The notes beneath the pieces were generated by a model. It did not search any database and was not told the DNA's origin. It saw only the letters and a list, made by a program, of their open reading frames with translations. This document shows positions 57,708 to 64,000 of a DNA stretch of 64,000 nucleotides, piece after piece. The stretch spans positions 66,480-130,479 of the forward strand of contig CAWCRO010000022.1 in NCBI GenBank assembly GCA_963797955.1. Direction: 5' to 3'. A program made the translations under genes and the position numbers. Position 1 is the stretch's first letter. The number at the start of each line of letters is the position of its first letter. The DNA is from an uncultured Solirubrobacterales bacterium (GTDB lineage: Bacteria; Actinomycetota; Thermoleophilia; Solirubrobacterales; Solirubrobacteraceae).

Positions 57708-57956
57708 ATGGCAAAGGATCACGGCCCCAGCGTGAAGGACGACAAGCAATACGAGGGCCTGCGTAAGAAGGGGATGAGCAAGTCGCGGGCAGCAGCGATC
57801 GCCAACACTCCAGACGCTTCGAGCAAGGGCGGCAAGCGCAGCGGCAGCGGGAGCAGCAGCAGCCGCAGCAGCAAGAGCAGCGGTCCCGGCAGCGGCGGCA
57901 ATAAAGCACAGAAGCAGGCCGCCGGCCGTAAGGGCGGCAAGCGTGCAAATTCCTGA
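57708..57956 (+). CDS. Small basic protein (DUF7218-like)
   Basis: GPSVKDDKQYEGLRKKGMSKSRAAAIAN; G/S/K-rich tail; RBS GGAGG. Confidence 0.7.
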   Translation: MAKDHGPSVKDDKQYEGLRKKGMSKSRAAAIANTPDASSKGGKRSGSGSSSSRSSKSSGPGSGGNKAQKQAAGRKGGKRANS

Positions 57957-57998
57957 GGTTTCTAAAACCGCCGACCGGCCGTTGCCGGCATAACGAGT

Positions 57999-58018
57999 TC
58001 GCCGGGCGAGCCCGGCGA
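57999..58018. terminator. Hairpin between convergent genes
   Basis: TCGCCGGG-CGAG-CCCGGCGA, perfect 8-bp stem. Confidence 0.55.
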
Positions 58019-58020
58019 GA

Positions 58021-58437
58021 CTAAGCATCATCTGGGGCGAGTCCGAGGTCCTCGCGCGTCAGGCGGAAGCCGAGCGAGCGGCTCGCACCAAGTCGCTCGT
58101 AGTAACCCTCGGTCCGAGTGCGTATGTCGAGTTGCAGCCCTCCGGCGCGCATGAGGCCCTCGCGCAGGAGCCGGGAGCCGAGCCCGACTCCTCGCCAGTG
58201 CGCGTCGATCAGGAGCATCGAAACGTGAGCCTGAATGAGCCCGTCCGACTGAACCTGGACCGCGCCGACAACCGACCCGCCCACGGTCGCAACTAGCGTC
58301 GTCACGCCTGGCGCGGTCAGCGCGCGATAGGTCCGCTCTACACCGTCCGTGTACTCGGTCCAGCCCTCCGCCGTGACGAGCGCGATCAACCCATCGAGGT
58401 GAGCGTGAGCGAACGGTTCAATCGAGGCCTCGGTCAT
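58021..58437 (-). CDS. GNAT N-acetyltransferase
   Basis: LLIDAHWRGVGLGSRLL acetyl-CoA motif; GYYERLG. Confidence 0.85.
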   Translation of the reverse strand: MTEASIEPFAHAHLDGLIALVTAEGWTEYTDGVERTYRALTAPGVTTLVATVGGSVVGAVQVQSDGLIQAHVSMLLIDAHWRGVGLGSRLLREGLMRAGGLQLDIRTRTEGYYERLGASRSLGFRLTREDLGLAPDDA

Positions 58438-58492
58438 GCGGCGTTGGGCGACTCGCGATCGCGTTCGCGTTCGCGTCCGGATCGGGGACTCG

Positions 58493-59146
58493 TCACGGAC
58501 CCGGTCGCACCCTGTACTTCAGGTGGGTGACGCCGGGAGCCTCGACGGCTCGGACCTGCTCGAGCTGCGGTTCGGCGTCCCCCAGGTTGTCGAACAGGCG
58601 CTCGCCGTCGCCGAGCAACACCGGGACGACGTGGAGCTCAAGCTCGTCCAGCAGCCCCGCCGCTATGTATTGCTGGATGGCCTGGGCGCCCCCCCAGAGC
58701 CGCACGTCCCGGCCGTTCGCGGCCTCCCTCGCCAGCTCGAGCGCGCGCTCGATCCCGTCGGTGACGAAGTGGTACGTGGTGCCTCCCTCCATCTCGATGG
58801 GATCGCGCGGGTAATGGGTGAGGATGAACACGTCGTTGTGGTACGGCGGGTCGTCCCCCCACCAGCCCTTCCATTGCCCATCCCCCCAATCCCCGCCGCC
58901 GACGGGTCCGAACATGTTGCGACCCATCACACCGGCGCCAACGTTCTCGCGGGTCTCCTCGATGATCCGCGCGCTCTCGTCCACCTCGCCGCCCTGGTGG
59001 CCGTGAGATTGGCGCCAGACGGCCAGCGGAACCATCCAACCATGGAGAAGCTCGCCGCCCTCGCCGAGCGGGTTCTCCTCGCTCTGGTTCGGGCCGGCGA
59101 CGAATCCGTCCAGCGAGATCGCGATATGACACCTGAGCTTGCTCAT
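58493..59146 (-). CDS. Dihydrofolate reductase/RibD C-terminal family protein
   Basis: ISLDGFVAGP, VMGRNMF, FILTH, WGGAQ, DELELHVVPVLLGDGERLF. Confidence 0.9.
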   Translation of the reverse strand: MSKLRCHIAISLDGFVAGPNQSEENPLGEGGELLHGWMVPLAVWRQSHGHQGGEVDESARIIEETRENVGAGVMGRNMFGPVGGGDWGDGQWKGWWGDDPPYHNDVFILTHYPRDPIEMEGGTTYHFVTDGIERALELAREAANGRDVRLWGGAQAIQQYIAAGLLDELELHVVPVLLGDGERLFDNLGDAEPQLEQVRAVEAPGVTHLKYRVRPGP

Positions 59147-59206
59147 CACTCCTCGGTTCGTTGGGGCTGCGTGAAAGGCGAATCCGCTCCCACTATACTT
59201 AAGTCA

Positions 59207-59563
59207 ATGCTTCACCAACGCGCGGAGCGTGAACCTGTGGATCGCGTCTTTCACGCGCTGGCTGATCCCACTAGGAGAGGCATCGTCGAGCGGTTGAGCC
59301 TCGGGCCGGCCACCGTGAGCGAACTCGCCGAGCCATTGCCGATGTCGCTGTCGGCGGTGGTCCAGCACCTTGAGGTGCTGCAGGTGAGTGGCCTCGTCAG
59401 CTCCGAGAAGCTCGGACGGGTGCGGACTTGCCAGATCGAGCCGGGGGCGCTTGGCCCCGTGGAGCGGTGGATCGGCGCGCGGCGGTCGAGTTGGGAGTCC
59501 CGCCTCGACCGCCTTGGCGAGTACCTCGCCGAAGGCAACGAACCGGAAGGGAGCACGCGATGA
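59207..59563 (+). CDS. ArsR/SmtB-family regulator
   Basis: VFHALADPTRRGIVERL, SAVVQHLEVL..SGLV.SEKLGRVRTC. Confidence 0.92.
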   Translation: MLHQRAEREPVDRVFHALADPTRRGIVERLSLGPATVSELAEPLPMSLSAVVQHLEVLQVSGLVSSEKLGRVRTCQIEPGALGPVERWIGARRSSWESRLDRLGEYLAEGNEPEGSTR

Positions 59564-60024
59564 GCGGACGTTCGGTGCATCACGCCACCTTTGTCGTCGA
59601 GCGCAGCTACAGCGTGTCGCCCGAGCGAGCCTTCGCGGCCTGGGCCGATCCCAAGGCCAAGGCGCGCTGGTTCGTCGACTCCGAGGCGAGTCTCGAGCTC
59701 GACTTCCGCGTCGGCGGGCGGGAACGCAACCGGGGCACCGCGCCGGATGGCAATGCCTTCAGCTACGAAGCGCTCTACCAGGACATCGTCCCGGCCGAGC
59801 GCATCATCTACACCTACGACATGCACCTGCAGGAGACGAGGATCTCAGTCTCGTTGGCCACGGTGGAGTTCATGCCCGTGGGCGACAACGGCACCCGCTT
59901 GGTCCTCACCGAGCAGGGAGCGTTCCTCGACGGCCACGAGTTCCCGGCCCGGCGCGCCGGGGGGTGGGGTAGCCTCCTCGACGCTTTGGCAAAGGAGATC
60001 CAAAGCGAGACCCCGGGAGCCTGA
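59560..60024 (+). CDS. SRPBCC (Aha1-like) domain protein
   Basis: HATFVVERSY, DFRVGGRE, YQDIVPAERIIYTY, LTEQGAFLDG; ATG overlaps arsR TGA. Confidence 0.9.
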   Translation: MSGRSVHHATFVVERSYSVSPERAFAAWADPKAKARWFVDSEASLELDFRVGGRERNRGTAPDGNAFSYEALYQDIVPAERIIYTYDMHLQETRISVSLATVEFMPVGDNGTRLVLTEQGAFLDGHEFPARRAGGWGSLLDALAKEIQSETPGA

Positions 60025-60185
60025 GCCCTACCTCGCTCGAGTTGAACATCGGTCGGGGCCTGGCGGGCGCTCTAGGAGACGCGGGTGCGCTACGCTGGCG
60101 GAGTCAGATAGCGATGGCAACCAGAGGGCGAGACCTTCATCTGAACGTCCCCTTGCCGCGAAAGCCGCCTGATCTTCTGATGGCC

Positions 60186-60211
60186 GAGAGTCCACCTACG
60201 GGTGGGCTTTC
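60186..60211. terminator. Stable hairpin with C(TACG)G tetraloop between convergent genes
   Basis: GAGAGTCCACC-TACG-GGTGGGCTTTC, 11-bp stem including GU pairs. Confidence 0.55.
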
Positions 60212-60287
60212 CGCGTTTAACGGGCCCGCGGTCGAGCCCGTCCATCACGGACTCGACGAGCGCGAAAGCGCGCCGGAAGACCGCGGA

Positions 60288-60950
60288 TTAGGGCAGGATG
60301 TCGTTCAGCTTCGCTGTGAACTGCTCGCCCGACTGCTCGAGTTCGCCCTCGATGTGCAGGCGCGCGGGGCCGGTCTCGGTCCAAAGGTCAAGGAAGTAGG
60401 CCCAGCCCGGCAGGTCGGGATCGTCGGACTTGGTGACGGCCTCGACCTGGTAAATCTCGCGCGGCGGCAGCACCAGCGACTCGGGGCAGTCGTCCTCGAC
60501 GCGGCGGCGCAGGTCCTCGACGTCGAGCCGATCGCCAGAGGCGACGCGGAGCTCCTCGTATTCGCCGTCCACGACGAAGCCGACGACGTCCTCCAGTGCC
60601 CGGTACATCGGCTCGGGCATCAGCTCGAGCGATTCGACGATCTCTCCCCGTCCGCCCAACTCGTGGCTCGGCGCCAGATCGAGCCTGCTGTAGAAGTAGT
60701 CCTCGCACGCGGCGCGCGCCTGACGCCGGATGCCCTTGGACAACCCCGCGCTGCCAAGCGCGAACACCGCCGCAGCGATCGCCTCCTCAAGCGTTCCGTG
60801 GCGCCGCGTCAGCTGCGCGGTAATCGCGCGACCGTGCTCCGTGTCGCGCGCGACCGATGAGCCGTCCAGCAGAATCGAGGGAGCTTCGTGGCGGCTGTAG
60901 CCCGCGCAGGCGCGCACCGAAGAGTGAAGGACGATGAGGTGGTCGCCCAT
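60288..60950 (-). CDS. Hypothetical acidic protein (C-terminal part loosely DUF7668-like)
   Basis: 220-aa ORF with plausible codon usage; YFLDLWTETG motif. Confidence 0.5.
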   Translation of the reverse strand: MGDHLIVLHSSVRACAGYSRHEAPSILLDGSSVARDTEHGRAITAQLTRRHGTLEEAIAAAVFALGSAGLSKGIRRQARAACEDYFYSRLDLAPSHELGGRGEIVESLELMPEPMYRALEDVVGFVVDGEYEELRVASGDRLDVEDLRRRVEDDCPESLVLPPREIYQVEAVTKSDDPDLPGWAYFLDLWTETGPARLHIEGELEQSGEQFTAKLNDILP

Positions 60951-61153
60951 TACGCCCGCCTGGGTGATGGGTAGTCGGCTGTCATCCGGATCGGCGAGCT
61001 CGTCGAACGGCTGGTGGTAGCGCTGCCACGACCATGCATCCTACGAATACGGAACGGCCCTGCCGCATCTGACGAGTTATCCACGGCGACAACGAGGGGC
61101 TCCCCGAACACCTCGTCGCGCGCCTGCTCCCCGAACAGGCGGCCTGAGCGGTG

Positions 61154-62635
61154 CTATCGAAGGAGCGCTGCGGTGGTGCGCTGGATCGTTTGGATCCCGT
61201 AGCTCATGTCGGGATCGCCGTCGGTCATCACCGCGACCGCGAATGTGTGGTGGTGGCCTACCAGGCGCGCGACCTGGTGGACCAGGAAGACATCGGGGCT
61301 TGGGCGCCATCCGGCCTTGAAGTACACGGTGTAGCCGAGCGGGCGGGCGATCGCTGGGATCCCCCAGCTCTCATACCCCGCGATCGTCGAGAGCAGGGAG
61401 TCGGCATAGCCGACGAACTCCCGCGGGATCAGGGAGTCCATCTGAAAGAAGAACCTCGCCTGGTCAGCGGCCGTGATCAGCGCGGCCCCCCACTCGCCGC
61501 CCCAAGACGCGGTGGTGTCGACCGAGAAATGGGTCATCCCGGCCGCGTTGGCGACCGCGTATAGGCCGGCGTTTCCGACGATCGACCAGCACTCTGTGGC
61601 AGCGTCGTTGTCTGACACGTTGATCATCGGGTACAGAAACGAGTTGCTGCGGGAATCGACATGGTGCTGACCCATCGCGTTCAGGCGGCGCAGGTACGCG
61701 ACCAGCAGCATCGCCTTGACCACGCTGCCGGTTATGAACCGCTCATTCAGGTTGACCCCGGACAGGCGCCCCTCGCTGTCGACGATCGCCACCGCGGTGC
61801 GTCCCATCCGGGTCCGCAGGTAGCGCTCGCCGCGCGCGATCGCGACCGTACCCGGGAAGCCGACCGGCAGGTACCCGCCCCCGTGGTAGCCGCGCCCGGT
61901 GCAGCCCGGCGGCCGGCTCGGGTCAGCCAGCGCGTGCGCCTGCGGTGCATGAAGGCACGCCCGCCATCGGAAGTGGCCAGCGGGAAGCGTAGCCGTGGTA
62001 GACACCACCACCGCGTGAGGGCTCTGTTTCACCGACCGTGTGACCGGGGCCGGCGAGAACCGCCCACGAGATCCGGAGGCGAACGACCAGGACACGCGCG
62101 AGTTCCCCCATCGCAAACCGCGCGGGTGAAAGATCACCAGCACCACCTTCGCCCGCCCAAGCGCCAACGCCTGGACCCTGGCGACCGTTCGCCCCGTCAC
62201 AAGCACCGTTGCCGGTCGCGATGAGACGCCGCTAACCGTCGCCCTGTATCGCGTGTTGCGGTCCGGCGCAACCCTGAACGAGAACGAGCCATCCGGGGCC
62301 GTCGTGGTGCTCGCCACCGCAGCGACGGCCCTGAACGGATACGGGCTCGCATATAACTCCACCGGGGCCCCAGCGGGCGCCCCAGACGGCGCCGTTCCCG
62401 ACAGCGTCGACGGTCGCCCGCTGGCGATCGACGAGGGCCGTGCTGTCAAGCTGACCGCCGAGATCCCCGGAGAACGGTCAGAAGCCGCGAGCGCACCCGC
62501 GGGCACAGCCAGAACCGCAGCGACGACGATCGCGGCCGCCCCACTTCGCCAGACTCCCAAGCTGCTGTGGACCGAACCGCTCAGGGGCGCTGGTGGTGGA
62601 CCTGTTCGTGAAAACTCAGGGCGGCGGCGGGGCAA
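61154..62635 (-). CDS. Secreted serine hydrolase of class A beta-lactamase fold with N-terminal beta-rich domain
   Basis: Signal peptide; GSVVK (SxxK), VSDNDAA (SDN), FKAGW (KTG-like). Confidence 0.82.
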   Translation of the reverse strand: MPRRRPEFSRTGPPPAPLSGSVHSSLGVWRSGAAAIVVAAVLAVPAGALAASDRSPGISAVSLTARPSSIASGRPSTLSGTAPSGAPAGAPVELYASPYPFRAVAAVASTTTAPDGSFSFRVAPDRNTRYRATVSGVSSRPATVLVTGRTVARVQALALGRAKVVLVIFHPRGLRWGNSRVSWSFASGSRGRFSPAPVTRSVKQSPHAVVVSTTATLPAGHFRWRACLHAPQAHALADPSRPPGCTGRGYHGGGYLPVGFPGTVAIARGERYLRTRMGRTAVAIVDSEGRLSGVNLNERFITGSVVKAMLLVAYLRRLNAMGQHHVDSRSNSFLYPMINVSDNDAATECWSIVGNAGLYAVANAAGMTHFSVDTTASWGGEWGAALITAADQARFFFQMDSLIPREFVGYADSLLSTIAGYESWGIPAIARPLGYTVYFKAGWRPSPDVFLVHQVARLVGHHHTFAVAVMTDGDPDMSYGIQTIQRTTAALLR

Positions 62636-64000
62636 TTAGCTGTGCCGGTATCGCAGCGTATGAGACCCCGTAGACCTGATTACTCATAGAGGTACATTGC
62701 ACGAAGCCGGGTGGGTTGAAGGTGTCACGCCACCAGACCGGCGCGTACTGGTAGGCGCCGTAATAGAAGGTGCCGCTTTGCGAGTGCCCAGTGGCATACG
62801 GCCCGTAGATGTAGTCGGTCAGTGACTTGGCCGGCACCGTGGCTCCGCGGGTGCCATTAAAGTCGGCAAGGCTCCAGTGACTGTTCAGGTTCGCCAATGT
62901 CCACACCTGATCGACCGCCCCGCCGTTGCCCGCGATGCTCGTGGTGGCGTGGAACTGATTCTGCGACAGGGCGGCGATGAACGAATGATTGTTGTCGGGG
63001 GGAGCGCAGCCCAGGGTGGCGACGTTGTTTGAGGAAGTCTGGCTGAAGAAGTCGGGTGTGAGGTTCTGGCCCGACCACGCCACAGGAATCAGGGCCGAAT
63101 AGGCCGAGGCCGTGGCGTTGGCTTGCAGCGCGGTGATCGCTTGGGGGGTCGTGGTGGGTTGCCACGACCATGCGGGATCGTTACCTATCGCGGTCCCGAC
63201 CGCCGACAGCTTGCCGTAGTCGTAGAGCAGGATCGCCTCCATCTGGCCGATCCATTGGGCGTAGGCGGCCTGCTGTTGGGCCATCTGGGCGGCCAGGTTC
63301 TCCGCGGTGGTGGTCACCGCGTCCGCGGGCCCGCCATTGCCGTCGGGCGACTGCATGACATCGGTGGCCAGCGTGCCGGCACTACTGATGAGCCCGAAGA
63401 CGGTGGAGCCGGGCACCCCCACCACGTCGGCGAGACCCGACGCGATCGACATCAAGTCCGACACAATGTTCAGCCAGCCCATCTTGACGGTGCTGCTGGG
63501 GGACGGCGGCGGGATGCTGCTCTTGATCTGGTTTGTGACCTGCGCCACGTCGAAATAGGCAGCCGCTCCTGACTGCACGAAGGGCGCGAGCAGATTGGTG
63601 CCCAGCGCGTACACCTTAGGCACCCAGGAGAACTCCATCAGCAGCTGACGCTTGACCGCTTGGAAGTTGGGGCCGCATGCGCTGGAGTTGGTACAGATCA
63701 GGGCCCTCAGCTTGTCCTGGTAAGAAGGCCAGCTGTTTGCCAGGAGAGGATTTTGGTAAGCCGAGCGCACGTCGGGATAGGCGGACAGATCGATACCGTG
63801 GGCGATGTAGTTCAGCTCTTGGGTGTCCTGAGCGTACGGCCACGGCTGGGGCGGTTGGTAGAGGATCTGGGGTAGTTCGACGTTGGTCGCCGAGATCGGG
63901 TCGCCGCCTAGCGGCGCGTAGAGGCCGTCGCGATCTCGCTCCATGGCGCCCGAGATCTCCCCCGCCTGGAAGTGATGCGAATTATTCGGTACCGCGGGTA
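62616..64000 (-). CDS. C-terminal part of a large hypothetical protein (begins beyond window end)
   Basis: The frame of ORF 62616..63944 stays open to the window edge; N/S/A/Q-rich composition typical of secreted proteins. Confidence 0.7.
   Translation of the reverse strand, partial: PAVPNNSHHFQAGEISGAMERDRDGLYAPLGGDPISATNVELPQILYQPPQPWPYAQDTQELNYIAHGIDLSAYPDVRSAYQNPLLANSWPSYQDKLRALICTNSSACGPNFQAVKRQLLMEFSWVPKVYALGTNLLAPFVQSGAAAYFDVAQVTNQIKSSIPPPSPSSTVKMGWLNIVSDLMSIASGLADVVGVPGSTVFGLISSAGTLATDVMQSPDGNGGPADAVTTTAENLAAQMAQQQAAYAQWIGQMEAILLYDYGKLSAVGTAIGNDPAWSWQPTTTPQAITALQANATASAYSALIPVAWSGQNLTPDFFSQTSSNNVATLGCAPPDNNHSFIAALSQNQFHATTSIAGNGGAVDQVWTLANLNSHWSLADFNGTRGATVPAKSLTDYIYGPYATGHSQSGTFYYGAYQYAPVWWRDTFNPPGFVQCTSMSNQVYGVSYAAIPAQLIAPPPP

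Noticed and set aside
57830-57900. GCA/AGC microsatellite
   Set aside because: Simply encodes the Ser/Gly-rich tail of the 57708 protein
60042-60860. 272-aa plus-strand ORF
   Set aside because: Mostly antisense to the more plausible 60288..60950 gene; no motifs
61078-61086. DnaA-box-like TTATCCACG
   Set aside because: Single imperfect copy with no cluster or replication gene; expected by chance

Overview
High-GC actinobacterial DNA; gene content and protein style suggest Thermoleophilia/Solirubrobacterales (inference). Bases 1-6.3 kb hold a housekeeping purine cluster: purL end, purF, recQ, purN in frame with purH, and a RidA-family gene. A tRNA-Lys follows, written with a 6-nt anticodon loop, and then a collapsed tyrosine-integrase relic. 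The remaining ~57 kb is a mosaic accessory region. It has no intact integrase or transposase, no CRISPR array and no second att copy that I could find. It contains a secreted sulfatase/arylsulfotransferase module bracketed by two Cys-rich 7-repeat proteins, catabolic enzymes (amidohydrolase, aldo/keto reductase, acyl-CoA ligase, atypical P450), two MMPL transporters, an MFS transporter and two RsbU-like PP2C phosphatases, one fused to a TetR HTH. It also carries a peptidoglycan-binding HEXXH protein, a small tandem-repeat peptide, an orphan HEXXH/Cys-cluster protein, a Streptomyces-type vanRS pair divergent from a D,D-carboxypeptidase, a DUF899/DUF2182/DUF1326 operon, and several gene fragments. 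The most novel-looking element is an ECF sigma factor coupled to an anti-sigma-like protein whose extracytoplasmic part is a SecD P1 domain. About nine short indels interrupt otherwise good genes; these may be long-read assembly errors. All family assignments come from motif recognition by eye, and no database search was run.
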